Below, piece by piece: positions 37,695 to 47,852 of a stretch of DNA of 51,963 nt (its first letter is position 1; the number at the start of each line of letters is the position of its first letter). Source of the DNA: Clostridiales bacterium (GTDB lineage Bacteria; Bacillota; Clostridia; Christensenellales; UBA1242). Below the pieces are notes generated by a model. That model made no database searches and had not been told where the DNA came from. It worked only from the letters and a program-made list of their open reading frames with translations. The position numbers and the translations under genes were made by a program. The stretch lies in assembly GCA_050872745.1 (NCBI GenBank), contig JBNMHL010000002.1, positions 1-51,963 on the forward strand. The letters run 5' to 3'.

Positions 37695-39860
37695 TTACGC
37701 TCGATTTGAATCTATATATTGCAGAACATTATATTTATACAAGTATTCAACGAATTGCTGTTTATATAGAAATGTTTTTGCGTTTGCAACATATCTGACA
37801 TAGTCTTCATCGGTTGCACTTTCTTTTCTATATAAAACATCTTTTAAATCAAATGTAAAAAAGTTATTATCTAAAATACCATTCATAAGCGAAACATAAC
37901 CCGTTTTATTTGCATCTTCATTTAAAACAGAATACCCCGTGTAAAAAGCAGAATTATATTTAATTCCTAATATATCTAACATAGTTGGAACTATATTATG
38001 TGCACTTGCAAAATTTGTGTTTTCAAGCTTACCACTATTATTATCTTTATATGCGGTTGCAAGTTTTGTATCAAATATCATACAAGGAATATTATATAAA
38101 CTTGATACTTGGAATTCGTTACCATTCAATCCTCTAACAGAACCACCTAAGTTATTAAAATATGCATAATGATCAGCATAAAGAATTACAGTTGTTTTAT
38201 CTTGTAAGCCTTTAGCATACAAATCTTCAAATAGGAGTTGAATTGCTCTATCCAAGTCTATCATTGCCGCTTTATATGTTCTTATAGCCTTACGATAAAC
38301 CATATCAGAATTTATATCAAAAAATCCCGAGTAATACTCGTTAATATAGTCAACGGCATAATCAAAATTTGTTTTACCTTCACTATACTCTTCATCTAGT
38401 ATATCATAGTAACCCATCTTTTCAAGTCTACTTCTATTTATTGTGTAATCCCCATGGGTTGTGATAGTTGAATATTGAGTGTAAAATGTTTTGCCATCTT
38501 CTAAAACTGGAATCATATTATCTTTTTGTGCATTAACAAATTTTTGTTCAACTATAAAATCATAAAAATTTGATGGTTTTTTATCACCTATGTCAGCGTT
38601 ATTTGTGAAATATTGATTATCTATTCCAAACAAATTTAAATAGCCATCTCTTCCATACATACTTGAAGTGTCTCCAAGGAAATATGAAGAAACAACATTC
38701 TCAACGCCCCTGTCTGATTTGATTTTGTTTGGCAAAGAATAGTCAAATCTTAGTTTTGTATTGAAATCAACAGGTCGTAAATTTCTAGAAAATTGAGTTT
38801 CCTTAGCAAAATTTCCAACCATAGATAATGATTCAGCTTGATTTGTTTTATTTCTCCCATAAAACTCAGATAAAAACAAGGTGTTGTTTGATAAGTTTTG
38901 ATGAAATTCATCAGTTTTAACTAAAGATTTGTCTAACCTCGAGTCATTAGAAATTAAAGAGTATAGCGTTGGAGTTGTTACAGGATCCACACCGAATGCA
39001 TCAAATGATTCCATTAAAACTGATATAACATTATTTCCTTTTGAAACACCAAAATAATCACCAGAATTGATAATTTTCGCATATTCAGAATTTGTTAAAT
39101 AATCAATTGTGTCATTAATATTCTTCTTTCTATCATTGTTTGTTTCAATTGATAGAGTGTTTGCAAGATTCTTAATATAAAAACCAAAAGTACCAAACTT
39201 TTTGTAAGAAGACACTTTGAATTGTAATGAGTTATATAAGTCCAAATCAGTATATTCATATTCTTCATCAATATAATCATCACCAGATGATTTTGAAATT
39301 GATAGATAACCAAGTCTATTTATTCCAGTACCTAAAACAATTGACATCGCCATAACAAAAATAAGCAAAAGTGTTGTTCTTTTGTTAATTGGAATACTTT
39401 CATATGGAGTATGTTTGTGATACTTGTTGTAGAAAAAATAAACCGCTACCATAAGCGCTGTGAAAGTTAAAATAGCCCACCAGTCAAAAACTGTAAAGTT
39501 AATTGCTATTATTGCTTCAACTCCAACAGATAACATATCAAAAGAGAAAAAATCTCCAAATAGTGAATAAAGCGAAGTGTTAACACAATTTAACACGCAT
39601 TGAATTGTCAACAAAGTCAAAATTACTATTTTTTTAACCCTAAAACTAGGAATAGCAAATAAAATTAACGATGTGAAAATCAGATATGAGATATTAAATA
39701 ATACATATTTAGGAAAAACTCCAAAGCCTAAAAATAAAAAAACTAATAACTCAAATAATATTGTGAAAAAAACAAAAGAAAGAATCAATACTAATTCTTT
39801 TTTGAATTGATACTTTCCTAAAATTATCTCATTTTTTTCAACATTATTTTTCTTGCTCAT
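37695..39860 (-). CDS. LTA synthase family protein (sulfatase domain, polytopic N-terminus)
   Basis: About 5 N-terminal TM helices followed by a sulfatase core beginning VISVLMESFDAFGV..TTPTL. 721 aa. Confidence 0.8.
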   Translation of the reverse strand: MSKKNNVEKNEIILGKYQFKKELVLILSFVFFTILFELLVFLFLGFGVFPKYVLFNISYLIFTSLILFAIPSFRVKKIVILTLLTIQCVLNCVNTSLYSLFGDFFSFDMLSVGVEAIIAINFTVFDWWAILTFTALMVAVYFFYNKYHKHTPYESIPINKRTTLLLIFVMAMSIVLGTGINRLGYLSISKSSGDDYIDEEYEYTDLDLYNSLQFKVSSYKKFGTFGFYIKNLANTLSIETNNDRKKNINDTIDYLTNSEYAKIINSGDYFGVSKGNNVISVLMESFDAFGVDPVTTPTLYSLISNDSRLDKSLVKTDEFHQNLSNNTLFLSEFYGRNKTNQAESLSMVGNFAKETQFSRNLRPVDFNTKLRFDYSLPNKIKSDRGVENVVSSYFLGDTSSMYGRDGYLNLFGIDNQYFTNNADIGDKKPSNFYDFIVEQKFVNAQKDNMIPVLEDGKTFYTQYSTITTHGDYTINRSRLEKMGYYDILDEEYSEGKTNFDYAVDYINEYYSGFFDINSDMVYRKAIRTYKAAMIDLDRAIQLLFEDLYAKGLQDKTTVILYADHYAYFNNLGGSVRGLNGNEFQVSSLYNIPCMIFDTKLATAYKDNNSGKLENTNFASAHNIVPTMLDILGIKYNSAFYTGYSVLNEDANKTGYVSLMNGILDNNFFTFDLKDVLYRKESATDEDYVRYVANAKTFLYKQQFVEYLYKYNVLQYIDSNRA

Positions 39861-39912
39861 AACACTACCCTAAAATATAAACTTTAAAAGCATTAATATT
39901 TTTGAAATTAAA

Positions 39913-40335
39913 TTAGTCCTTAAGATTTCCCACCATATTTTTAGGACCAAATGAATGTGGTAAAAGCTCAGCGAGTTTATATGATTTAATAATCAAATCT
40001 TTCTTTTCATCATATTTGCCTAAAACCACTTCAATATCAGGAGCAAACTCACTAAGTGCCTGCCTGCAAACGCCACAAGGAAAAGCAAAATCATTTAACT
40101 TTCCACCCACAACAGCTATTTTATCAAACTCAGAATATCCTTCTGCCACCGCAGAAAAAAGCGCTGTCCTTTCACCACAATTAGAAACTCCATATGCTGA
40201 ATTTTCAATATTGCAACCATAAAAAAGTTTACCATCTTTAGTTTGAATGCAAGCACCAACAGGATATTTTGAATATGGAGAATAGCTATTTTTTTGAGCT
40301 TTAATTGCTTCTTTTATTAAATCCACATTTTCCAT
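39913..40335 (-). CDS. cdd: Cytidine deaminase
   Basis: Zinc motifs CGERTA and PCGVCRQ. 140 aa. Confidence 0.92.
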   Translation of the reverse strand: MENVDLIKEAIKAQKNSYSPYSKYPVGACIQTKDGKLFYGCNIENSAYGVSNCGERTALFSAVAEGYSEFDKIAVVGGKLNDFAFPCGVCRQALSEFAPDIEVVLGKYDEKKDLIIKSYKLAELLPHSFGPKNMVGNLKD

Positions 40336-40340
40336 ATAAA

Positions 40341-41009
40341 CTACCTTTTATTTTGAGCATTATACTCATCAATTATTTTAACACCATTACTTGTTCCTAT
40401 TCTGTCAGCACCACAAGCAATCATATCTAACATAGTTTTAACATCTTTAATTCCGCCAGATGCTTTAACTAACATATCTTCGCCAACACAATCTTTCATT
40501 AATTTAACTGCTTCAAGCGTTGCTCCTACTTTATAAAAGCCAGTACTTGTTTTAACAAATTTAGCACCTGCTCTTAAGCATACTTCACAAGCATCAATTA
40601 TCTGCTGATTAGTTAACATCCCAGTTTCTAGAATAACCTTAACTGGTAATTTAGTATCATGAACTATTTGCATAATTTCGTTAAAGAAATAATCCCATTC
40701 ACCCATAACAATAGATGAAATAGATGCCACCACATCTAATTCATCTGCACCGCTTTGTTTTGCAAGCATAGCTTCTAACTGCTTTATTTCAGATGTGTTT
40801 TCTCCTAATGGAAATCCAATAACAGTTATAACTTTAACATTACTTCCCTTCAAATAATCTTTTGCAAACTCAACATATCTAGGATTCACACAAACAGAGT
40901 AAAAACCATATTTTCTTGCTTCATCACACAACTTCTTAATATCTTCAAACGTTGCGTTTGGTTTTAAGTTTGTGTGGTCTATGTATTGTGCTAATTCACC
41001 CTTTGTCAT
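40341..41009 (-). CDS. deoC: Deoxyribose-phosphate aldolase
   Basis: IDHTNLKP, VKTSTGF and KASGGI motifs. 222 aa. Confidence 0.92.
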   Translation of the reverse strand: MTKGELAQYIDHTNLKPNATFEDIKKLCDEARKYGFYSVCVNPRYVEFAKDYLKGSNVKVITVIGFPLGENTSEIKQLEAMLAKQSGADELDVVASISSIVMGEWDYFFNEIMQIVHDTKLPVKVILETGMLTNQQIIDACEVCLRAGAKFVKTSTGFYKVGATLEAVKLMKDCVGEDMLVKASGGIKDVKTMLDMIACGADRIGTSNGVKIIDEYNAQNKR

Positions 41010-41021
41010 ATAAACTCCATT

Positions 41022-43634
41022 TTATTTTAATAATTCTAAAGATTTCAATAAAGTTTCTTTCATCTTATTATATTTATCTAACTTAGCTTTTTCATTTTGA
41101 ATCAAGTTTGCAGGTGCTTTACTAACAAAACCTTGATTAGAAAGCATTCTATTCGCCCTTTCTATTTCAGCTTCAACACTTGCTAATTCTTGAGTTAGTC
41201 TTTTGATTTCTTCATCTTTATTTTTCAAATCTTTTGTTGAAATCAACACTTTAGCAATTGAATTAACCACTGTGGTAGCATCAGTTATATTTTTTATTTC
41301 ATCTTCAGAAACAATTTCAACATCTTTGCCTTTAGAAAGTTTTTCAATAATCGCAATGTTATTTAAAACAATTTCTTTTTCTTGTAATGGTTCAACATAT
41401 AATTTTGTTTTTTGATTTTCAGCAACTTTTAATTCATTTCTAGCGTTTCTTACGCTCTTTATTATATCCCTTATTTCATCAAATATTTTAGCATCTTTTT
41501 CAAACACTAATCTTTCATCATATTCAGGGAAAGAACTTATCATAATAGATTCATCATGATTTGGTATCTCAAGATAAATCTTTTCAGTTATAAAAGGAAT
41601 GTATGGATGAAGAAGTTTTAAAAGAGTTGTTAGTGTGTGAACCAAAGTTGCAACAACTGAATCTTTGTTCTGATTAATAGTAATTTTAGAAATTTCAATA
41701 TACCAATCACAAAACTTAGTCCAGAAAAAGTCATATAGGTCGCTTGCAGCCATTCCAATATCATATTTATCAAACTTAATATTTATGCCCTTAACTAAAT
41801 TATTAAGTTCGTTTAACATCCATTTATCACTAAGAGTTAAATCAACATCATAAATTGACTTTACATCAGAATCTTTTATTTGATTTAAAACAAACAAGCT
41901 TGCATTCCAAATTTTGTTAATAAAGTTTCTATTTATTTCAACTTTCTTTTCAGAAAACCTTGAATCCATATCAATTGAAACGCCATTAAATAACGAGAAC
42001 CTAAGAGTATCTACACCATATTTATCTATAATATAGATTGGATCAACACCATTTCCTAAAGATTTACTCATCTTTTTACCATTGGCATCTTTAACCAATC
42101 CATTGATTAAAACATCTCTGAATGGAATTTTACCAACATACTCTAATCCACTAAATATCATCCTAGCAACCCAAAGTTGAATTATTTCTTGACCAGTTAC
42201 CATAACATCTGTTGGATAAAAAACTTCTAATTCTTTAGTTTTATTTGGGAAGCCTAAAGTTGATAAAGGCCAAAGTGCAGAACTAAACCAAGTGTCTAGT
42301 GTGTCAGGATCTTGCTCAATGTTTTTACTTCCACATTTTGAACATACAGTAGGATCATCTTTTTCGCACATAACTTCACCACAATCACAGCAGGTAAAAA
42401 TTGGGATTCTGTGACCACTCCAAAGTTGCCTTGAAATGCACCAATCTTTAATATTTCTCATCCAGTGCAAATATATCTTTTTAAATCTTTCTTCAACAAA
42501 ATGAACTTCATCTTTTTCAACAACTTCAATTGCCGGTTTAGCAAGTTCACTCATTTTAACAAACCATTGATCTGAAATCATAGGTTCAATAACAGATTTA
42601 CATCTATCACAGTGTCCAACATTGTTGTCATATTTTTCAATTTTAACTAAGTTTCCAAGTTTATCTAGGTCTTCAACAATTGCTTTTCTAGCCTCTAACA
42701 CCGTTAAGCCCTCATATTTGCCAGCAAGTTTATTCATTGTTCCATCATTATTTAGAACACAAATTTGCTCTAAGTTATGCCTAACACCAACTTCAAAATC
42801 GTTAGGATCGTGTGCAGGAGTTATTTTAACAACGCCTGTTCCAAATTCCATTTCAACATAATCATCTGCAACAACAGGAATTGGCTTATTTAATATTGGA
42901 AGAATGACATTTTTACCAACTAAGTTTTTATATCTTTCATCTTTTGGATTAACTGCAACAGCAGTATCACCAAGAAGTGTTTCTGGTCGGGTTGTGGCTA
43001 ATTGAATATAATCATTTGTACCTTCAATTTGATATCTTAAATGCCACAAATTTGTATGGTTATCTTGGAAATCAACTTCGGCATCAGATATTGATGTTTT
43101 GCAGTTAGGGCACCAATTTACTGGTCGTTTACCTTTATAAATATAGCCTTTTTTAAATAAATGAACAAAAACCTCCCTAACAGCATCAGAGTTAGTTTTG
43201 TCCATAGTGAAAGCAAGTCTATCCCAATCACAAGAATAGCCCATTCTTTTAAACTGTTCAATTATTGCACCTTTATACTCTCTATACCATTCTGCAATAT
43301 ATTCACCAAATTTTTCTCTTCCAATATCCTCTTTGCGAATGCCTTGTTTTTTTAGTTTATCAACAACCTTTGCTTCCGTTGCTATTGCAGCGTGGTCAGT
43401 TCCTGGCAACCATAGAGCTTCATAACCTTGCATTCTCTTTCTTCTAATAATTATATCTTGAATTGTTTGTTGGAATGCATGGCCCATATGAAGAACGCTT
43501 GTGATATTAGGTGGTGGCATAACTATTGTGAATGGTTTTTTTGTTGTGTTAACATCTGCATGAAAATACTTTTTTTCTAGCCAATTACTATATATTTCTT
43601 GTTCAAATGATTTTGGGTTATAAATTTTATCCAT
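41022..43634 (-). CDS. valS: Valine--tRNA ligase
   Basis: HIGH-type motif (VLHMGHAF), KMSKS and a C-terminal coiled coil. 870 aa. Confidence 0.96.
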   Translation of the reverse strand: MDKIYNPKSFEQEIYSNWLEKKYFHADVNTTKKPFTIVMPPPNITSVLHMGHAFQQTIQDIIIRRKRMQGYEALWLPGTDHAAIATEAKVVDKLKKQGIRKEDIGREKFGEYIAEWYREYKGAIIEQFKRMGYSCDWDRLAFTMDKTNSDAVREVFVHLFKKGYIYKGKRPVNWCPNCKTSISDAEVDFQDNHTNLWHLRYQIEGTNDYIQLATTRPETLLGDTAVAVNPKDERYKNLVGKNVILPILNKPIPVVADDYVEMEFGTGVVKITPAHDPNDFEVGVRHNLEQICVLNNDGTMNKLAGKYEGLTVLEARKAIVEDLDKLGNLVKIEKYDNNVGHCDRCKSVIEPMISDQWFVKMSELAKPAIEVVEKDEVHFVEERFKKIYLHWMRNIKDWCISRQLWSGHRIPIFTCCDCGEVMCEKDDPTVCSKCGSKNIEQDPDTLDTWFSSALWPLSTLGFPNKTKELEVFYPTDVMVTGQEIIQLWVARMIFSGLEYVGKIPFRDVLINGLVKDANGKKMSKSLGNGVDPIYIIDKYGVDTLRFSLFNGVSIDMDSRFSEKKVEINRNFINKIWNASLFVLNQIKDSDVKSIYDVDLTLSDKWMLNELNNLVKGINIKFDKYDIGMAASDLYDFFWTKFCDWYIEISKITINQNKDSVVATLVHTLTTLLKLLHPYIPFITEKIYLEIPNHDESIMISSFPEYDERLVFEKDAKIFDEIRDIIKSVRNARNELKVAENQKTKLYVEPLQEKEIVLNNIAIIEKLSKGKDVEIVSEDEIKNITDATTVVNSIAKVLISTKDLKNKDEEIKRLTQELASVEAEIERANRMLSNQGFVSKAPANLIQNEKAKLDKYNKMKETLLKSLELLK

Positions 43635-43708
43635 AATGTGAATATTTCCTTAATAATAAATTAAAAATTTCCACCCTAAACATTTTTAAAACTTAAATTT
43701 CCAACTAA

Positions 43709-43966
43709 TTAAGCAGTAAAAATAAAAATCAAAGCTGAAGATAAAACAAAAGCAAGTGATATACATTTGATAGTAATTAAAACAGCATCTGAATTTTCAA
43801 TATCGTTTCTATCTCTAATAACACGAGCAAATCTTCTTGCAAGAACCGCAACAGATAAGCCAACAACTGCTAAGACTATAGCAATTATAATTTCTGTTGA
43901 CTGGAGTCTTGGGAGAAATGAATCCCAAAATTCTGTGAAAAATGAATTTGCTAATAAAAATTTCAT
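43709..43966 (-). CDS. Small two-TM membrane protein, hypothetical
   Basis: 85 aa. A GAGGT SD lies 8 nt upstream of the ATG. It has two hydrophobic segments. Confidence 0.55.
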   Translation of the reverse strand: MKFLLANSFFTEFWDSFLPRLQSTEIIIAIVLAVVGLSVAVLARRFARVIRDRNDIENSDAVLITIKCISLAFVLSSALIFIFTA

Positions 43967-44014
43967 AATATTACCTCATATTTTAACATATTGATATAAA
44001 TTTTATCACAGCAA

Positions 44015-44078
44015 CAAAAAAATTTCAATGCTTAATCCATATTTTTTTGATAAAAATGAATTTTTTTGCATTGAAATT
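44015..44078 (-). terminator. Probable terminator or long-loop hairpin after the YkvI-like gene
   Basis: An 11-bp stem, 44021-44031 with 44068-44078, encloses a 36-nt A/T loop. A U-run follows on the minus strand. Confidence 0.4.
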
Positions 44079-44106
44079 TATTAAAACACACAAATTTAAG
44101 ATTATT

Positions 44107-45144
44107 TTATTGTTTAAACTTTTTTAATAATAATTTATTCTTTTCATTTTTGGGCACTAACATTAAAAATAAGAACACAATTCCAAAAACACCAGCAATT
44201 GAGTATAGATATGAAACAACAAAACTAAACCCAAATAAACTAAGTATAAAGCCCATACCCATAGTGATGATTATGCAAACATATTTATTTTTGACGCACT
44301 TATTGATATAATTTGAAGCCACAAAAACACACGATATTAATGTTGTGAAAAGCGCCAACCATAAAACCACAGAGGCTAAAACACCATAAACCTTACCAAA
44401 GTTGAACGTTATAGATAGTAAAGGCATTTCAGCATTTAAAATATTTTGCCCCCAAATAAGCATTGTTATTGCATATGAAAGAATTAGAATTCCAAGAATA
44501 GCTGATGAAAAAAGTGCTGTTAAATTAATTTCTTTTTTATTATAGTTTTTTCCTATTTGAAGCAAAAGCACGCCAAGTGTCATAAAATTTGAACACAAAT
44601 AAAACACGAACATTGCAAAACTCATTAAATAATTATTACAAAATTCATTATAACTCGAAAGTGTTCCCCCAATTGCAAACGTTCTAATTCCAATAAAAAG
44701 CAAATAAAAAACTATCATCGGAACAGCAAATAAATTGCAAACTCCAATATTAGAAATCCCACCTGCACAAATATAAAAAGCAAGTAAAATTATTATAATT
44801 TGAATATAATAATTATTACCTTCAAACAATATTTTGCCAACACTTCGAGAACCTGATAAAGTTCCAGCAATGGTAATTATTGCAGATGCACAAATAAAAA
44901 AATTAATCAAAAAACTATATTTACCAAAAAACTGTGAATAATCTTTATTTTCTTTATCTAAGTTCTTTGAGATATTCATTGCTTTTTTTATTAAAAAATA
45001 ATAACAAACCGAAATAATTACTATAAAAGGAACAGAAATATAACCATATTTTGCAAGAAAACAAGAAATTTCTTTACCGCTTGCAAAACCTGCCCCTATG
45101 TAAGTACCTATTATTGTTGAAACTAATAAAATAACTTTTAACAT
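44107..45144 (-). CDS. YkvI-family (COG3949-like) polytopic membrane protein / putative transporter
   Basis: 345 aa with about 10-11 TM helices. The N-terminal GAGFASGKEI motif is characteristic of YkvI-like proteins, from memory. Confidence 0.7.
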   Translation of the reverse strand: MLKVILLVSTIIGTYIGAGFASGKEISCFLAKYGYISVPFIVIISVCYYFLIKKAMNISKNLDKENKDYSQFFGKYSFLINFFICASAIITIAGTLSGSRSVGKILFEGNNYYIQIIIILLAFYICAGGISNIGVCNLFAVPMIVFYLLFIGIRTFAIGGTLSSYNEFCNNYLMSFAMFVFYLCSNFMTLGVLLLQIGKNYNKKEINLTALFSSAILGILILSYAITMLIWGQNILNAEMPLLSITFNFGKVYGVLASVVLWLALFTTLISCVFVASNYINKCVKNKYVCIIITMGMGFILSLFGFSFVVSYLYSIAGVFGIVFLFLMLVPKNEKNKLLLKKFKQ

Positions 45145-45200
45145 ATCAATATTACATATGTTTTCACAACCAGTTTTATGCTTAAGTTCATTTTTTAATC

Positions 45201-45229
45201 AAAAAACATCACACATATTGCGTGATGTT
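45201..45229 (-). terminator. Intrinsic terminator downstream of the four-way-junction element
   Basis: AACATCAC/GTGATGTT stem (45205-45229) followed on the minus strand by UUUUUU. Confidence 0.75.
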
Positions 45230-45238
45230 TTATTTATG

Positions 45239-45336
45239 GGTTTAGGGTGCGGTTTTCGTTTGATAAAATCAAACCGAATTGCATTAATGCAATTCGAAAG
45301 TTTCAACACAGTTGAAACTTGAAAACCGCACTAACC
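45239..45336. other. Near-perfect four-way-junction (cloverleaf-shaped) palindromic element; candidate structured RNA or DNA cruciform
   Basis: The closing stem pairs 45247-45257 with 45321-45331 (11 bp). The arms are 45258-45274 (7 bp), 45275-45296 (a perfect 22-nt palindrome) and 45298-45320 (10 bp). Only one nucleotide at the junction is unpaired, and all pairs are Watson-Crick. Confidence 0.7.
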
Positions 45337-45358
45337 TGCCACCCTGAAATATTTAAAA

Positions 45359-47842
45359 TTAAATAATTACATAATCATAAACTTCTTTAACGATGTTATC
45401 ACCTTTAGCCAATTCATTAACCTTACCAATATTTTCTAAACTATCAATTTTGAAATCACTATTAGCAATAAAAACAAGACTTCCACTTTGGGTTTCAATA
45501 ACGTAATTACTTGATGGTTTTAAAACACTTCCGTATGCCAAGTGTGCATTTTTAAGTTTTGATGGAATGATCTTCGTTCCTCTTTTATTTCGAAGCGTTT
45601 CAAACGCCATGTCATTTTTAATACACTTGTAATTACCACAATCAAATATTAGCGTGAACAAATCATTTGGCAAGCATTGCGATGCAGAAATAACATAATC
45701 ATCAACCCCCAAAGATATGCCCTTAACTCCCAAACTAACTCTTGCTGTCGATTGAATATCATCTTTAGGAACAACTGCGATGTAGCCTTTATGAGTAAAT
45801 AAAACAACATCACTTGAGCTTGTTTTATATTGAACACAAATAACTTCATCTTCTTCTTTTAGCTTAATACCCGCAATTGATTGTTTACTTGCAAAATACT
45901 CCTCAACTTTTGATACTTTAATCATTCCTAGTTTCGTAACAAAAATCAATTCATCATCTTTGTTGCTTTCATTCAACTCCAAAATTGTAACAATTTTTTC
46001 TTTACTTTTTAAAGATTTATAGTGTTGTGAAATATTAGCACCACGATCTTTAAACTTACATTGATCAAGATTTGCAACATCAATTTTAACACAGTTACCA
46101 ATATTAGTGAACAAATAAATTGATTTATTAGTTAAAGTTGGAACAAAGATTGAAGGCACTTCAAATAACGTTCCATTTTGATTTAATGTTTTCGAAGCTA
46201 AATTATAACTTTTTTGATTAACGGCTTTAATTGTATTTTTAGGAGTTGTTACAACATAAACGCTTTCAACATCTTCATCTATATATCCACTTTCTTCAGA
46301 TTCAATAGTTATGCTATCGGCATCTAAAAACTCACTTTTTCTTGGCTTGTCATATTTTTTACTTATTTCACAAAGTTCTTGTTTAACAATTTTCATTTGC
46401 AATTTTTCACTTTTTAATATTGCAGTAAATCTTTTAATTAAGTCTTTTAATCTATTCAATTCGGCAATTAATTTATTTACTTCAAGACTTGTTAACCTTG
46501 CCAATCTCATATCTAAAATAGCTTGAGCTTGAACTTCAGTTAAAGTAAATGTTTCAATTAATCTAATCTTTGCATCTGTTGTGCTTTTACTTGTTTTTAT
46601 AATTCTAACAACTTCATCAATATTATTAATAGCAATAAGCAACCCTTCTAAAATATGCTCTTTTTTCAAACAAGCTTCAAGGTCAAACTTGGTTCTGTTA
46701 TATATAACTTTTTGCTGAAAATTAACATAATATTCTAAAATTTCTTTTAAAGATAATTGCTTAGGTTTTCCATCGGCAATGGCTACCATATTAGCATTGA
46801 AATTGCATTCTAAATCGGTATTCTTATAAAGATAATTTAAAATTGTGTTAACTTTTGCATCTTTTTTAAGTTTTATAACCGCTCTAGTTCCATTTCGATC
46901 TGATTCATCCAAAATATCTGATATTGCACTCAAACAACCATTTGGATCATTTTCTTTTAAAGTTGCAATTCTTTGCAATAAAGTTGCCTTATTAACTTGA
47001 TAAGGAATTTCGGTTATTACGATATTCTTTTTACCATTATCGCTATTTTCAATATGACACTTTGATCTTATAATAACCTTTCCCTTACCGGTTTCATATA
47101 CTTGCTTAATTTCACTTGTTGATAAAATATAAGCACCCGTTGGAAAATCAGGGCCAGGCATTATTCTCATAAGATCTCTAAGTGGAATATTTCTATCATC
47201 AATATACGCACAAACAGCATCACATGCTTCTTTTAAATTATGTGTTGGAATATTTGTTGCTAAACCAACAGCAATACCATATGCACCATTAACAAGCAGA
47301 TTTGGAAATCTTCCTGGGAGCATAACTGGCTCTTTACATGAATCATCAAAGTTTAACATCCATGGAACTGTTTCTTTGTCAATATCACGCAAAAGTTCTA
47401 GAGCAATTGGAGCCAATTTTGCTTCAGTGTAACGCATTGCGGCAGCTGAGTCACCATCAACACTACCAAAGTTTCCATGCCCATTAACCAAAACTTCTTC
47501 CATATTAAAGTCTTGTGCCATTCTAACCATAGTGTCGTAGATACTTTTATCACCATGAGGGTGATATTTACCCATGCAATCACCCACAATTCTGGCACTT
47601 TTTCTAAATGGCCTATCAGGCAACACACCAACTTCAAGCATGCTATATAAAACACGCCTTTGAACTGGTTTTAGCCCATCTTCAACTCTAGGCAAAGCTC
47701 TATCCATAATAACATATTCACTATATGGCAACATACTTTCATGGATAACTTGTTCTACTGATTTTGTTACAACATTGCCATCATAGATTGAGTAATCTAT
47801 TTTAGGTTTTTCACTACTACTTTTTGTTTTGTTTTCAGCCAT
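45359..47842 (-). CDS. parC: Type IIA topoisomerase subunit A (GyrA/ParC family); ParC-like
   Basis: RALP..DGLKPVQRRVLY, YHPHGD and AAMRYTEAKL. I found no QRRGGKG GyrA box in the C-terminal beta-pinwheel, and there is no dnaA/recF context. The ATG at 47842 has an AAGGAAA SD. Confidence 0.85.
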   Translation of the reverse strand: MAENKTKSSSEKPKIDYSIYDGNVVTKSVEQVIHESMLPYSEYVIMDRALPRVEDGLKPVQRRVLYSMLEVGVLPDRPFRKSARIVGDCMGKYHPHGDKSIYDTMVRMAQDFNMEEVLVNGHGNFGSVDGDSAAAMRYTEAKLAPIALELLRDIDKETVPWMLNFDDSCKEPVMLPGRFPNLLVNGAYGIAVGLATNIPTHNLKEACDAVCAYIDDRNIPLRDLMRIMPGPDFPTGAYILSTSEIKQVYETGKGKVIIRSKCHIENSDNGKKNIVITEIPYQVNKATLLQRIATLKENDPNGCLSAISDILDESDRNGTRAVIKLKKDAKVNTILNYLYKNTDLECNFNANMVAIADGKPKQLSLKEILEYYVNFQQKVIYNRTKFDLEACLKKEHILEGLLIAINNIDEVVRIIKTSKSTTDAKIRLIETFTLTEVQAQAILDMRLARLTSLEVNKLIAELNRLKDLIKRFTAILKSEKLQMKIVKQELCEISKKYDKPRKSEFLDADSITIESEESGYIDEDVESVYVVTTPKNTIKAVNQKSYNLASKTLNQNGTLFEVPSIFVPTLTNKSIYLFTNIGNCVKIDVANLDQCKFKDRGANISQHYKSLKSKEKIVTILELNESNKDDELIFVTKLGMIKVSKVEEYFASKQSIAGIKLKEEDEVICVQYKTSSSDVVLFTHKGYIAVVPKDDIQSTARVSLGVKGISLGVDDYVISASQCLPNDLFTLIFDCGNYKCIKNDMAFETLRNKRGTKIIPSKLKNAHLAYGSVLKPSSNYVIETQSGSLVFIANSDFKIDSLENIGKVNELAKGDNIVKEVYDYVII

Positions 47843-47852
47843 TGCATTTTCC

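Noticed and set aside
43635-43708. A T-box riboswitch upstream of valS, suggested by the GGGTGG string.
   Set aside because: Only a TAGGGTGGA fragment is present. There is no ACCGCG, no specifier stem and no terminator, and the gap is too short.
45239-45336. The four-way junction as a tRNA or tRNA-like gene, or as a known four-way-junction riboswitch (SAM-I, yybP-ykoY, NiCo).
   Set aside because: The arms are 7-11 bp with 3-4-nt loops. There is no 7-nt anticodon loop, no T-loop or D-loop consensus, and no CCA context. It also lacks the internal loops and junction nucleotides that form ligand pockets in those riboswitch classes.
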